Of a DNA stretch of 64,000 nucleotides, positions 1-14,995 are shown piece by piece (positions within the stretch are counted from its first letter, which is position 1; each line of letters begins with the position of its first letter). Source of the DNA: Mytilus edulis (lineage: Eukaryota). Location of the stretch: assembly GCF_963676685.1 (NCBI RefSeq), contig NC_092354.1, positions 45,384,001 through 45,448,000 on the forward strand, read 5' to 3'. The position numbers and the translations under genes are program-made. Under the pieces are notes generated by a model, which made no database searches, was not told where the DNA came from, and worked only from the letters and a program-made list of their open reading frames with translations.

Positions 1-3000
1 GAATCGACCATATTCTTAAGATATTTGTATGGAATAGAACAACAAACCTGCCATCGATATTTTAATATTTTTCTACATTTCACCGTAAATTTGACAATTG
101 TATTTGATGTTTCCTTTAATCGGTCATTTGATCAGGAAATTTTACTTATAATTATTGACAATTGTAATACAAATATACTTTGAACTAGTACACTTTTATC
201 ATAAAATGGCAACATTTTTTATATTAAAATTTACTACTTTTTGGATAATTCATTCATCTGTTACCTTTAATCTACCATATTCTAAAGATATTTGCGTAGA
301 ATGTAACAGCAAAACTGTCATCGGTCTGTTGATATTTTTCTACATTTCACTGTAAATTTGACCATATTTTTGATAATTGTATTTGAAGTTACCTTAAATC
401 GGTCATTTGATCAAGCAATTTTACTTATAATTATTGACAATTGTAATACAAATATACTTTGAACTAGTACACTTTTATCATAAAATGGCAACTTTTTTAT
501 ATTAAAATTTACTACTTTTTGGATAATTGATTCATCTGTTACCTTAAATCGACCATATTCTAAAGATATTTGTGTAGAATGTTACAACAAAACTGTCATC
601 GGTCTGTTGATATTTTTTCTACATTTCACTGTTAATTTGACCACATTTTTGATATTATTTGATGTTACTTTAAATCGGTCATTCGATCAAGAAATTTATT
701 TAATATGTATTGACAATTGTATGAGAAGTAAACTTTGAACCAAAAACACTATTATATGAAATTTCAACATTTTCAGTTATTATACCACGTATTCGATAAT
801 TCATTTAGATGGTACCTTGAATCGACCATATTCTTAAGATATTTGTATGGAATAGAACAACAAACCTGCCATCGATATTTTAATATTTTTCTACATTTCA
901 CCGTAAATTTGACAATTGTATTTGATGTTTCCTTTAATCGGTCATTTGATCAGGAAATTTTACTTATAATTATTGACAATTGTAAAACAAATATACTTTG
1001 AACTAGTACACTTTTATCATAAAATGGCAACTTTTTTATATTAAAATGTACTACTTTTTGGATAATTCATTCATCTGTTACCTTAAATCGACCATAATAT
1101 AATAAAGATATTTGTGTATATTGTAACAACCCTGTCATCGATGTGTTGATATTTTTTCTACATTTCACAGTTAATTTGACCACATTTTTGATAATATTAT
1201 TTGATGTTTCTTTAAATCGGTCATTCGATCAAGAAATTTATTTAATATGTATTGACAATTTTATGAGAAGTAAACTTTGAACCAAAAACACTATTATATG
1301 AAATTTCAACATTTCACCGTAAATTTGATAATTGTATTTGATGTTTCCTTTAATCGGTCATTTGATCAGGAAATTTTACTTATAATTATTGACAATTGTA
1401 ATACAAATATACTTTGAACTAGTACACTTTTATCATAAAATGGCAACTTTTTTATATATTTAAATGTACTACTTTTTGGATAATTCATTCATCTGTTACC
1501 TTAAATCGACCATACTCTAAAGATATTTGTGTAGAATGTAACAGCAAACCTGTCATCGGTCTGTTGATATTTTTTCTACAATTCACTGTTAATTTGACCA
1601 CATTTTTGATAATTGTATTTGATGTTACCTTAAATCGGTCATTCGATCAAGAAATTTATTTATGACAATTTTATAAGAGGAAAACTTTGAACCAAAGACA
1701 CTATTATATGAAATTTTAACATTCTTAGTAAATTGTACCACGTATTTGATACTTCATTTAGATGGTACCTTGAATCGACCATATTCTTAGAATAATTGTA
1801 TGGAATTGAACACCAAACCTGCCATCGATATTTTAATATTTTTCTGCATTTCACTGTAAATTTGACAATTTTTTTTATTATTGTATTTGATGTTACCTTA
1901 AATCGAACATTTGATCAAGAATCTTTTTTGATATGTATTGACAGTTGTTATACCAATAAACTTTTAAGTAATGCACCTTTATCATGAGATTGCAACTTTT
2001 TTTTATTAAATTTACCAGTTTTGGGATAAATCATCTGTTACCTTAAATCCACCATATTCTACAAATAATTGTATGGAATGCAACACAAAACCTGCCATCG
2101 GTCTGTTGATATTTTTCTACAATTCACTGTTAATTTGACCACATTTTTGATAATTGTATTTGATGTTACCTTAAATCGGTCATTCGATCAAGAAATTTAT
2201 TTAATATGTATTGACAATTTTATAAGTAAACTTTGAACCAAAGACACTATTATATGAAATTTCAACATTCTTAGTAAATTGTACCACGTAAATGATACTT
2301 CATTTATATGGTACCTTGAATCGACCATATTCTTAGGATAATTGTATGGAATTGAACACCAAACCTGCCATCGATATTTTAATATTTTTCTACATTTCAC
2401 TGTAAATTTGACCATACTTTTGATAATTGTATTTGAAGTTACCTTAAATCGGTCATTTGATCAAGAAATTTTACTTATAATTATTGACAATTGTAATACA
2501 AATATACTTTGAACTAGTACACTTTTGTCATAAAATGGCAACTTTTTTATATTAAAATTTACTACTTTTTGGATAATTCATTCATCTGTTACCTTAAATC
2601 GACCACATTCTAAAGATAGTTGTGTAGAATGTAACAGCAAAACTGTCATCGGTCTGTTGATATTTTTTCTACATTTCACTGTTAATTTGTCCACATTTTT
2701 GATAATATTATTTGATGTTACCTTAAATCGGACATTCGATCAAGAAATTTATTTAATATGTATTGACAAGTTCATGAGAAGTAAACTTTGAACCAAAGAC
2801 ACTATTATATGAAATTTCAACATTTTCAGTTAATTATACCACGTATTCGATAATTCATTTAGATGGTACCTTGAATCAACCTTATTCTTAAGATATTTGT
2901 ATGGAATGGAACAACAAACCTGCCATCGATATTTTAATATTTTTCTACATTTCACAGTAAATTTGACCATATTTTTGATAATTGTATTTGAAGTTACCTT

Positions 3001-5603
3001 AAATCGGTCATTTGATCAAGCAATTTTACTTATAATTATTGACAATTGCAATACAAATATACTTTGAACTAGTACACTTTTATCATAAAATGGCAACTTT
3101 TTTATATTAAAATTTACTACTTTTTGGATAATTCATTCATCTGTTCCCTTAAATCGACCATATTCTAAAGATATTTGTGTAGAATGTTACAGCAAAACTT
3201 TCATCGGTCTGTTGATATTTTTTTCTACATTTCACTGTTAATTTGACCACATTTTTGATAATATTATTTGATGTTACCTTAAATCGGTCATTCGATCAAG
3301 AAATTTATTTAATATGTATTGACAATTTTATGAGAAGTAAACTTTGAACCAAAGACACTATTTTATGAAATTTCAACATTTTCAGTTAATTATACCACGT
3401 ATTCGATAATTCATTTAGATGGTACCTTGAATCGACCATATTCTTAAGATATTTGTATGGAATAGAACAACAAACCTGCCATCGATATTTTAATATTTTT
3501 CTACATTTCACCGTAAATTTGACAATTGTATTTGATGTTTCCTTTAATCGGTCATTTGATCAGGAAATTTTACTTATAATTATTGACAATTGTAATACAA
3601 ATATACTTTGAACTAGTACACTTTTATCATAAAATGGCAACATTTTTTATATTAAAATTTACTACTTTTTGGATAATTCATTCATCTGTTACCTTTAATC
3701 TACCATATTCTAAAGATATTTGCGTAGAATGTAACAGCAAAACTGTCATCGGTCTGTTGATATTTTTCTACATTTCACTGTAAATTTGACCATATTTTTG
3801 ATAATTGTATTTGAAGTTACCTTAAATCGGTCATTTGATCAAGCAATTTTACTTATAATTATTGACAATTGTAATACAAATATACTTTGAACTAGTACAC
3901 TTTTATCATAAAATGGCAACTTTTTTATATTAAAATTTACTACTTTTTGGATAATTGATTCATCTGTTACCTTAAATCGACCATATTCTAAAGATATTTG
4001 TGTAGAATGTTACAACAAAACTGTCATCGGTCTGTTGATATTTTTTCTACATTTCACTGTTAATTTGACCACATTTTTGATATTATTTGATGTTACTTTA
4101 AATCGGTCATTCGATCAAGAAATTTATTTAATATGTATTGACAATTGTATGAGAAGTAAACTTTGAACCAAAAACACTATTATATGAAATTTCAACATTT
4201 TCAGTTATTATACCACGTATTCGATAATTCATTTAGATGGTACCTTGAATCGACCATATTCTTAAGATATTTGTATGGAATAGAACAACAAACCTGCCAT
4301 CGATATTTTAATATTTTTCTACATTTCACCGTAAATTTGACAATTGTATTTGATGTTTCCTTTAATCGGTCATTTGATCAGGAAATTTTACTTATAATTA
4401 TTGACAATTGTAAAACAAATATACTTTGAACTAGTACACTTTTATCATAAAATGGCAACTTTTTTATATTAAAATGTACTACTTTTTGGATAATTCATTC
4501 ATCTGTTACCTTAAATCGACCATAATATAATAAAGATATTTGTGTATATTGTAACAACCCTGTCATCGATGTGTTGATATTTTTTCTACATTTCACAGTT
4601 AATTTGACCACATTTTTGATAATATTATTTGATGTTTCTTTAAATCGGTCATTCGATCAAGAAATTTATTTAATATGTATTGACAATTTTATGAGAAGTA
4701 AACTTTGAACCAAAAACACTATTATATGAAATTTCAACATTTCACCGTAAATTTGATAATTGTATTTGATGTTTCCTTTAATCGGTCATTTGATCAGGAA
4801 ATTTTACTTATAATTATTGACAATTGTAATACAAATATACTTTGAACTAGTACACTTTTATCATAAAATGGCAACTTTTTTATATATTTAAATTTACTAC
4901 TTTTTGGATAATTCATTCATCTGTTACCTTAAATCGACCATACTCTAAAGATAGTTGTGTATAATGTAACAGCAAAACTGTCATCTGTCTGTTGATATTT
5001 TTTCTACATTTCACTGTTAATTTGACCACATTTTTGATATTATTTGATGTTACCTTAAATCGGTCATTCGATCAAGAAATGTATTTAATATGTATTGACA
5101 ATTTCATGAGAAGTAAACTTTGAACCAAAGACACTATTATATGAAATTTCAACATTTTCATTTAATTATACCACGTATTCGATAATTCATTTAGATGGTA
5201 CCTTGAATCGACCATATTCTTAAGATATTTGTATGGAATGGAACAACAAACCTGCCATCGATATTTTAATATTTTTCTACATTTCACAGTAAATTTGATA
5301 ATTGTATTTGATGTTTCCTTTAATCGGTCATTTGATCAGGAAATTTTACTTACAATTATTGACAATTGTAATACAAATATACTTTGAACTAGTACACTTT
5401 TATCATAAAATGGCAACTTTTTTATATTAAAATTTACTACTTTTTGGATAATTCATTCATCTGTTACCTTAAATCGACCATTTGAAAGATATTTGTGTAG
5501 AATGTAACAGCAACCCTGTCATCGGTGTGATGATATTTTTCTACATTTCACTGTTAATTTGACCACATTTTTGATAATAGTATTTGATGTTACCTTAAAA
5601 CGG
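1..5603. repeat. Satellite DNA array, ~270-280 bp monomers in two mostly alternating variants, with a 3428-bp higher-order duplication
   Basis: AATC(G/T)ACCAT recurs at ~2, 269, 547, 820, 1086 and onward. Sequence at 1 is repeated at 3429, giving identical spurious ORFs at 155/3583 and 735/4163. Array stops abruptly near 5603. Confidence 0.95.
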
Positions 5604-8420
5604 TATGGAATGGAATATTATGCATGGTTTGTTTTTTAGACGGAATGTCAAATTTCCTTCCCCTCTTTGTGCAAGGGAAATCGACAATTTGTTCCACTCC
5701 CCTTATTTTCGTTCCAGGAAAAATGAATTGACATTTTCTAAATAAAAAATCATTAATAAAATGAGATTTTATTTTCATAAGATCGACTTTGTACGATAAT
5801 CTAGGACTTGTACATTTCTCTAAAAGCCCAAGCATACAGTTATATTTGTTTATTTTTTCTTGTTTCAATTACCATGTACATGTATGAGGCTATGCATACA
5901 TTGTATGTCACGCGAAGCAGTTGCAGACGAAAGGTAAACGAGGGTGATAAAGGATTTTATTTCACCTGTAACTGCGTGTGTGTATAAATTAATTAAAAAC
6001 AAGAACAATTCGTTTGCTTATTTCTCTTTTATCGTCAAATTACTCTCAATTCACCTTCGCTCGTGTACAAACTACCTCTAACGACCGTTATAAACACAGG
6101 CTCTGTAAACGTTTAAAATAAAGCCCAGTATAACAGCTTGTTTCAAGCTCTTGAATGCAAGCACTAGCACATGGAAAGATGGCATCTAACATAATGCATA
6201 ACCGTGTTTCTTGTGAGTTTTTCTCCGAAAAGCAGAGTAATTATTTGAAGCATTTAGCAACTCGAAAACATAGAGTTAATTGAATTGACACAATTTAGTG
6301 AAGCAGGAGAAGCTGGTACTTACAGTAGTCCAACGGAGAATGCAGCAAGATCAGGTGGAGATGAGAAGCCGGTTTTTACTGGGGACTTTTCCCCCATCTC
6401 AAACAGACTTGAGCTGCTGCTTTACGTGTTGCGTGGGTCTAAATATCATTGTTTTATAAGCACTTTTACGATATTGACGTTAAAAATACATCTTCTAACT
6501 ATATTGTTCATGTCGAAGGCATCATGTTTCTACCACTTTTCACAGGCACTTGTTTCTATCAATGAAAGATATGGGAAGGTCAACTAATAAAGCGGACTAT
6601 CCATTGGCATTACCAGATTACAACTTTTATTATATCCTATTTTACGTTGATAGTCAACCTTCCCAGGGATAGTAACAAAAGAAGTGAATCTTTTCCTTAT
6701 AAACCATATTTATAATATTATAGTTTGTCGACATACAGCATGTACAGGTGCAGTTCTATTTATCAAATGTATATATTAAACAGGTTGGAGACCATTTGTA
6801 GACACACTACTATGATCTAGTTTAAAAAGACATACATTAAAACCTGTAATAAACTCTTGATTATATGTTTATGGGGGATTAGGTTTTCAAATGATTAGAC
6901 TAGCGTGTAAACAATGTTAAATTAAATGCAACTTAATTTTGTTGACATAAGATATATGAAACATTATAGTTAAAAGCGTGGAACAGAAAACAAGTATTGT
7001 TTTTGTTTCTCATCTCTGTTGTAAATATTGTTACCATCGAACATCAATCATTTTATTTTAGGATGACGATGCTTTTTATTCAAAACATTTGGTGTGTTGG
7101 GATGCACCACTGGGGACCAAGGCAACTAGCCATTGGCGCAGGGTATCAGTTATTCAGAGAGTCGAACAACCCAAAATGTCGCAAATGCAGTTTGTGTGTT
7201 TGATGGGCCGAACAAAAAAGCATACATAAAGAGGGAAGATGCCCAAGTTATTCAAAAAATTATAGATTTGGGATTGTCAAACAATTGCCTTCTCAAACCA
7301 AAACAAGAGGGGATTGTCAAACAAAGAAGGACTGCACCTCAGCAAAGATGCTCAATTGGATGCAAAACATCGAGTGTTGAAATAGATAAAGCTACTAGCC
7401 ATTTAAGAAAACATGGATAGATATAGGAAGATGTGGTGTGAGTGCCAATGAGACAACTCTCCATACAAATAACAATTTAAAAAGTAAACCATTATGGAGT
7501 ATATTTAGAACTAAAATAATGTGATTTTATATCAGTAGAATGAGAAAAAACATCGATCAAAAGCAGTATTTAGAAATGCAAGTTCATCATTAATACCTTT
7601 GAATGTTGAACTTTGAATTGCTTTAACATTCGTAACTCCAATCATACTTCTTAACAATACGTATTTTCGACTTTGAAACACTTAAAAGCACAGTGTTTGT
7701 GTTGCATTTAGAATCAGTAATATCAAGGCTTATTACATTTCATTTTTATAATTACTAATTATGAAAAGTATATGTAGTATTGAAGACAATATGACAAAGA
7801 AGTCAGCAAATGTATATCATAGTATGGCCATCAACAATGAGCAAACAGCATACTGTACAGTCAGCTACTAAAGACCCCGAAATGACAAAAATTTAATGTA
7901 AAACAAATCAAACAAGAGTTTTACCCCAGGTACTTGACTACAGATTAGATATAACGTCCGTTAAACACTCAACCCTAGGTGTAGATGTTGGCAGATACAT
8001 ATAATACAATTATTACATGTCTCTGGTAGTGTTGACTAAAAAATACACGTAGACGATGGACAGGGTTATATTTAACCTGCATTCAATATCCTGTGATTTA
8101 TATTCACAAAGTAATGACAGAAAAACTGATAGGATATACAGCAAGAAAAAACGACAAATAATTCATAGGCGTTGTATCATGCTCTAGTTTTGATCATGCT
8201 TAATAAACCATGTCATCTTGCAGTCTTCTGCATGGTGTATACACGTACTTACCTGTCTTTGTATATGATCTTAATTTCTGTCTCGCTAGACTGAAGTTAT
8301 GTTATTTTTTCAAAAGTTAAGCTAGTGTTCGATGATTACAATAACGGTAGAGATGAAAAAAATATGTTTTTCTTTGTTTATAGTCAAAGGAATCATTCAT
8401 TTTTTTCTATCTGTTATAGG

Positions 8421-8545
8421 ATGGCTAGAAAAGTTAAAGGAATGTCTCAGAAATAGTCACCAAGGCTTCAAAGAGCAATTGAGGCAGTTCATTCAAATCA
8501 GATGTCGACCAGAACAGCAGCGGATCACTGTGGTGTTAAACATCT
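8421..8545 (+). pseudogene. Degenerate pipsqueak-type HTH fragment (pogo/Tigger-like DNA-binding domain)
   Basis: Hand translation MARKVKGMSQK*SPRLQRAIEAVHSNQMSTRTAADHCGV resembles the psq HTH pattern; internal stop. Confidence 0.35.
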
Positions 8546-8630
8546 TTGGAATTGTCCATGTCCGTGAGAATGGTTGGAAATTTGGTGTGCAGCTTTCGCC
8601 TGATGAGGTGTATTGTATTTACCGGATTTG

Positions 8631-8901
8631 TTTTAGCTCACCTTCTTAAAGGTAGGGTGAGCTTTTGCAATCACATTGCGCCCGTCGTCTGTCCGTTAAG
8701 CTTGAAGGAAAATATTCTCCTCTTAAAACTACTTTGCAGGATTCATTTAAAGTTTGCATGATTGTCCCTTATGGTATTCTGCACAAAATGATTGTTTAGC
8801 TTCCAGAAAGACCGATCAACGGATGTTGGAGTTATGGCGCCTGAAACATGTAGGTAAAGGTAATTAGGTGAGCGATTCAGGTTCCTAGGAGCCTCTAGTT
8901 T
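8631..8901 (+). mobile_element. Helentron-associated non-autonomous element (HINE/DINE-1-like)
   Basis: Starts TTTTAGCTCACCT with nearby complementary GGTGAGCT, has a short CGTCTGTCCGT microsatellite, and ends AGGTGAGC plus hairpin GGTTCCTAGGAGCC followed by a T run. Confidence 0.6.
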
Positions 8902-9681
8902 ATATAATTTCATTGAATTTAAGTGTTATTCTTTTGTGAACTAAAACTTAAGAACTGTCCATGGGAATGATTAAAAAATGTGCATACAGCTTCAGCATGA
9001 GGGTTTGTAATGTGTGTGTGTGCAACTTTCATTAAGGTGGAATGTCTATATCATGTTTACCAAACTTTTTATCAAGCGGGGATATTCGTGTTCTTTGGAC
9101 AAATTCATATGTCCACATTTTTTTGAAAAAGTTTTTGTTTTTTAAATTTTATCATAATTCTAACTTCATCAAGAGCTAAAAATGTATAATTCTTGAAATG
9201 TCAAGTTGCCGTCATAATACCATGACATGGAGGGAGTTTCAAATACCTGTTTGATTTATACTTTCAGCAAAGTTAAATGATTATCTCTATTTTTAAGTCC
9301 CCTAATGGCGAAGCCGAAGGGGGCTATAGCTTAGAACTCTTGTCTGTGTGTACGTCTGTCTGTCTATCAGTCCCCAAAAATCAGTTTTCCACACTTTTGT
9401 AAATCGTGCTTGAAGATATTAATTTGATATTTGGTATATAGTTGAATACACATGACCAGTACAGTTCAAATTTTGTTCAGGTTGTATGACTTTTTGTTGA
9501 GTTATGGTCCTACTAAGGTCTTAGAAAATTCACACAATGATCCGTTATCCAAATGTTTTTGCGTCAGGTATATAGTTTTATTATAACCAGTTACAGATCG
9601 ATTTCGAATTATGTCCTGGTGTGATGATTTTTGGTGGAGGTATAGTTGTTGGACTTGGAAAATTTATTAATTATACAAATA

Positions 9682-10365
9682 CTGCAAACCAGGGTATTTT
9701 CGCGATTTACCAACTAAATTTACATTTCGAACGTTTTAAATAAGCTGTTTACATATTATAAAGTAAAAAAAGTTGAATACAAAATCATGTTGTGTCATAT
9801 TTTCCTGACGATTATTATCTACATTGAACTTTCTTAAGTACATTTTAAGTTCTATTACATTATTGAATTATAATATTTGCATATGCGAGTTCGATAATTA
9901 ACGTCCGCCCACTTTTACGGCTTTCAGTATACATGTACCATCCATGTTGTGAGTATAGTTTTTAAATGTGCAACTAGTGTCGTCGAGCCAATACACGCGT
10001 GCTGGCTTGTAAAAACAGTTACACAATTATACGTAAGAAAAGACTTGATAAAAAGAGCATCTGTTGTTCTGTTGTTAATCAGTAGACCATTATAATTTAA
10101 TTTCACTTCAGACTTTTATGAATAATTTTGAAAACGAATATCTTATATAGAACATCGCATGCATCCGTCGTCTTCTTATAATGGTCCTGCTTTTTTCTTC
10201 TGATTTATGTATGCACAAGTGTTGGATACTAGTGTCCCAGAAAATATTAAATTTTACTGACTTCTATTTCCTCTTGAAATATTTGCAGCATTTTTTTTTT
10301 CGCGCTGTCAATGTTGCCACAAAAGTAGCGAAAATAAAACTGCCGCGAAATTTCCAGGTTTACGG
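9682..10365. mobile_element. Non-autonomous TIR DNA transposon flanked by TA, nested in a HINE-like repeat (~9291-10566)
   Basis: Left TA|CTGCAAACCAGGGTATTTTCGCG; right CGCGAAATTTCCAGGTTTACGG|TA (imperfect TIR). Flanks 9291-9660 and 10370-10566 share sub-repeats. Confidence 0.5.
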
Positions 10366-11764
10366 TATTCAGTTTTCCATACTTTTTTCGTGATGATTAT
10401 AGAAATTGATTTGATATTTCGTATATAGTTTTATCATGACCAGTTACAGATCATGTTCCAATTCGGTTCTGGTCTAATGATTTGTGGGTCCTTGGACTTA
10501 CAAAAAAAAACCCAAAATAATCAGTAGGGGACCATGCATTGTTTTTAATATACTAAGAATGCTTGACGAATGTTTGTTTTTAGAATTCTAGTGCTACATT
10601 GTCTATTTTAAAGCCAAAATCTGCTGATCCAAGCAATTCTGATGATGACTTTGTGCGGCAATCGAGTATGGCGAGTATGGTAATGGGAAGTTTATTTGTA
10701 AGTTACATTATTATATTATTTCAAGGGAAATTGTGTGAAAAAACAACAGACTTGTGGCAGTAGACATTGTTTTTCTGTTTGTCTTTTTCATTTTTAGCCA
10801 TGGCGTTGTCAGTTTGTTTTAGATTTATGAGTTTGACTGTCCCTTTGGTATCTTTCGTCCCTCTTTTAAGTATTACTAATGGTTATAGTCTCTGTTGACA
10901 CTCTGGTTTTATGAAGACAAACTTTTTAGCTCACCTGGCCTTTACATGATCTAGTTATTACCATACGTATTATAAGATGATATAAAAAAAAATCTCATGG
11001 CAGCTATACTGTGAAGTTGCATACATTTTTGTTGATGGCCTTAAAAAGTTTGCATGATAATACACTTGTTCAATGGACATTTTTGTAAACAGCCTGTGAT
11101 AAGATACCCAAAGCGCACAAGAGCAGTTGATATGGAAGTCAGATAAAAGAGGAGGGGACGAGTTATTTAAAAACATCATCACATCTTGACACCTACGTCA
11201 AACATGATTACAAATGTGGCAAAAAGGAAGACGGTTGGGAAAATAATGCTTTCCTCGGATGACACTGTAGATGCGGTGAGAAGTGAAATTAAGACACTTT
11301 TCGAGGATTTCAGCTATGCATATCTGCAGGTATTAATCTTAGGTGCTGCTTGGTTTGATTATAAGGCATAACGTTTTCCAGCGGTAAACGGACATAAAGA
11401 GGTGACTGAAAAGCTTACTCAACAAAAGCATTTGTTTATTCTGTATTTTTAAATTGAACTGATGGAAACGTGATGAGAATGATGTACAATGTGTTTTGCA
11501 TGGACATTTCAGAGAAAAAAACTGTTTTATTTTCATTGGTAAGCAATTTTTGAGATCGGTACATGATATATTCAAACTAGTGTAAAAGATTACACAAATA
11601 TTTTGTAGATAAAGAAGTGCTGTCTACTTGATTATGGACTGCTTACTAAATTGTTAATTACAATCAGCTTGTTTGTTATTTGTCAATTGTTTGTAATTCT
11701 TTGTTATTAAGCAACCCCTATAAACACTTTATAAAATTGGAATGGCTTAATGTGTGGTAAATGT

Positions 11765-11866
11765 TTGATTGATTGATTGTTGGTTGCTTAACGTCCAGTG
11801 GCAAATATTTCATGCATATTCAGGACGAGAACGTGTTAACAATAAATACAATAGGTAGGTTGTTGT
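11765..11866 (-). mobile_element. 3' fragment of the SINE family found at 22698, 50687, 59548 and 59990
   Basis: TTGATTGATTGTTGGTTGCTTAACGTCCAGTGGCAAATATTTCATGC matches the other copies. Confidence 0.85.
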
Positions 11867-12194
11867 ATTTAAAGAAAGATAAATTTATATTCAGGGACTC
11901 CGTATGGATATGCCAACGAGAGCACATGAACTGCGTTCGGATTTTCCATCGCAATCATATACATTGTTTTTGGTTTAAATTAACTAAGTTGTAACACTGA
12001 TACTTTATATTTGGACTTCATTAAATGAATTTGGACTTTACCAATTTGTTTATGTTTACTGTATTGAACTGCCGACTTGTGTGTGAATAAAGATATAGTA
12101 CCCCACATTGTGAATCGTTCCCAAAGACGGAATCCAACTCGAAGCCATTTGCCAATATTTATCTGGAAAGATACAAAATCTTTCTTGATAATTT

Positions 12195-13509
12195 TGGTGG
12201 AGGCCCGAAAGTCCCAAAATTTTCAACAAAAACAAATAAGCATGTCAACTATTTATTACAAGAACAGAGATACAATGAATGACTATCTTCTTAGGAGCAA
12301 GAGAACTGAAAAAGATTTATCAAAAATCCCAGTAACACCGGTGAAATCAACGATACCGGAATCAATTAACTTGATGCCAACCAACCCTAGTCCGTTATCG
12401 GCGGCAAAAGCCATCTTGGAAAACGACGCATCAGGGGGGACTACACCTGACAAAGGCACGTCTCTTACTGATAAAACCCGTACATTGACAGAAAGGTTAT
12501 TGCAGCCGTTGGCACAGCCGCCAAGCATTTCCACGCCTGACCAAGTGCCGATGCGGCAGCAACTCCCGTCACAAGAAGACCCGGAAAAGCAGCAGTTAAA
12601 GTTGCATGTTCAAAACTTGGAACGGCAGCTTCAACTGCAAATGCAGCTTAACCAGTTACAGCCGCAAGTACCACAGGCGTCCCAACCTGAATCACGGGGA
12701 CCAAAACATATGGGAAACGTGACCCTGCAGAGGTTCGAGGGAAGAGGCGAAAATCCTATCAAGTTTTGGAGTCTCTTCATACAGTATTGCACCTTGTTCA
12801 GGTTCACGGATAGCGACACAGTTGGCGTGTTCCCAATGCATGTATCCAGCACTGTGCAAGACTGGTTTTATTCGCTGGAGGAAGGCGTTCGTAGGAACCT
12901 GCAGCGTCTGAAGGAGGCGTTTTTGAAGCGATTCCAGAGACGAAACCTCAAATACAGCCTCCAGCACTTAAAGCAAAATCAGTCTGAATCGGTCGATGAC
13001 TACATCAATAGAATTCTGGCACAAACTTCCGACAGCAACGTTCCAGAAGCCATCCTGGTGAGCATGCTAGTTTGAGGACTGAGGCCAGATCTCGCAGCAA
13101 TAGTAATGCCTCAAGTACCAAAGACACATCAACAGTTTTTGGATGCAGCCTCGATTGCGGAGAAAACGGTCCAGATGACGACGGCAAAGCCTATTGAAAA
13201 TCTGACTTTGCAGGTAGCCAACATAGCCAGTATGGAGGACAGATTGTCGGCCATGTTAACGGACAAACTTAGCAGTAGCGTCGCCGAGAAGTCAGCCATA
13301 CAGGCCCACAACAATAACCAGTCAAATGGACCGTACCAAAGGCAAAACTACCAACAACGACCGAAAACCATTTTCCAGCAACGAAAGTACCATAGTCCAC
13401 AGAGTTCATCTTGTCAAGGATGTGGTAGGTACTGTCTAAATAGACAATCATTCCCTGCACAAAATTCAATGTGTCGGTTTTGTAAAGTTAAGGGTCATGA
13501 TGTGCGTAT
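12195..13509 (+). pseudogene. gag: Ty3/Gypsy primer-binding site (PBS) plus gag with one nonsense codon, truncated in the zinc knuckle
   Basis: PBS-like TGGTGGAGGC at 12195 (tRNA-Ala-like), ATG at 12242. Capsid-like FEGRGENPIKFW...LKQNQSESVDDY. In-frame TGA at 13073 continues GLRPDL into ORF 13106. Knuckle CRFCKVKGHDVR is cut before its last Cys. Confidence 0.85.
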
Positions 13510-14377
13510 AGTAGTATTATGACACATTATACTAAATCAACATTCATTCTCTCTCTCTATATATATATGTGTTGTTTGTGGTGTATTTAGACCCCTCTAC
13601 CAAGAAATTTGTTTTGCATGCACACGTATAAAAATTGCAGTTTTTATCCAATGCAATTACAGGTTTGAACGTTGTTTTCAATTTAGACTTGTATATAATA
13701 AAAACGGAATGATAGAGTTAGATGTTCAATAGAAACACGAGAAAACACCATTTAGTGGAATATATTATTTACATAACCCAGACAAATAAAGATATTATTA
13801 ATTTGATACTACACCGCAATTATATAAATATGTAAGGAAAAAATAAGTATGCATTGTTCGCAACCTATAATCAACAGCATTCGTAAAAGATATTTACTAC
13901 AATTTAATTATTTTAACTATGATAACAGTGTAATATGTTATTTAACAGAAACATACAATTTTTTATTCGTTTACAAGTAATAAAATCATATTTGAAAATC
14001 GAAAGCTCGGAACCTTTCATTCTTTTAGCAAAACTTGAGTATTACGTCACAGAAACATGCATTTGTAAAAATGTTCGCACTTTCAGCAATTGTCTTTTTG
14101 AGTTCTGTTTTTTTTATCAACATCTATTATCTTTGACAAACACAAAGAATGTCAGCCTATTCCAAGAAGTTCAATATTCAGATGTGGTGTTTTGAGACAA
14201 GGGAGCTACGTAATCCACAGCTCAAAAGTTATATAAATTGTATTAATAAATTCTGAATTCAGTTTTAAGCTTTTACGGTCATGCATATACTTTTTAAATT
14301 TTATATTCATTGAGCTAAATTCGCACATGTACATGATTCTATAAATTAACTTTTTTATAATTTTTTTTCATTTTCAG

Positions 14378-14717
14378 ATAGATTTTCTCATGTCAACGAC
14401 AAAAACTAGCAGAAATGGGGATAGCACTCTCCAAGCACAAAGAAAAACAACTGAAACTCAGCTATTAACTACAAACACCATTACTGACACTCCCCAAACA
14501 CAAAGAACTGAAAAACAGGCGTCAACTACACATATCATTACTGACACCAACACCATTACTGACACCGACAGAAATGAGGATATCACCACAACTGAAACGT
14601 TAACTAAGCCACCAACAACAGATACAATCACTACTCAAGCCCAAGATTAAAAATCAGAGCAAGATGATTTAAACCACCTTAAAACTTATTTCTTATGGAC
14701 ACTTTTGATTGTAATAT
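14378..14717 (+). pseudogene. Exon encoding a Thr-rich mucin-like stalk and the start of a TM helix (one in-frame stop)
   Basis: Pyrimidine tract + CAG at 14375-77 and GTAAGT at 14718. Translation is Thr-rich, then ...QAQD*KSEQDDLNHLKTYFLWTLLIVI. Confidence 0.5.
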
Positions 14718-14995
14718 GTAAGTATACAATTATTTACAACTTGTTCTACAACGGCCTGGGCAGGCTAAATTATTTTAACTGGAACATCATTTACATCCAT
14801 TTGCGATGATTCATTCTTCTTCTTATTTTCTATTGGGTGATGATTGTCTTTGCCCCACTGACTAAAGATCCTCCTCTCTCGTTACGTTTTTTCCCATTAA
14901 ATGTATGTTTATTTATGCTGTCGTGATAATACTTAATCCATGTTGTTACATTTGGGATATACAAGTTAGAGATATCCATGTCATAAATATTCTGT

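Noticed and set aside
155-4429. Repeated short ORFs in the first 5 kb
   Set aside because: Chance frames in satellite monomers.
6180-7420. Host gene from ORFs 6285, 6997 and 7133
   Set aside because: No recognisable domain or consistent exon chain; possibly decayed transposon sequence.
13073-13075. Programmed readthrough of the gag TGA
   Set aside because: The stop is in the capsid region, not at the gag-pol boundary, and the element is truncated, so decay is simpler.
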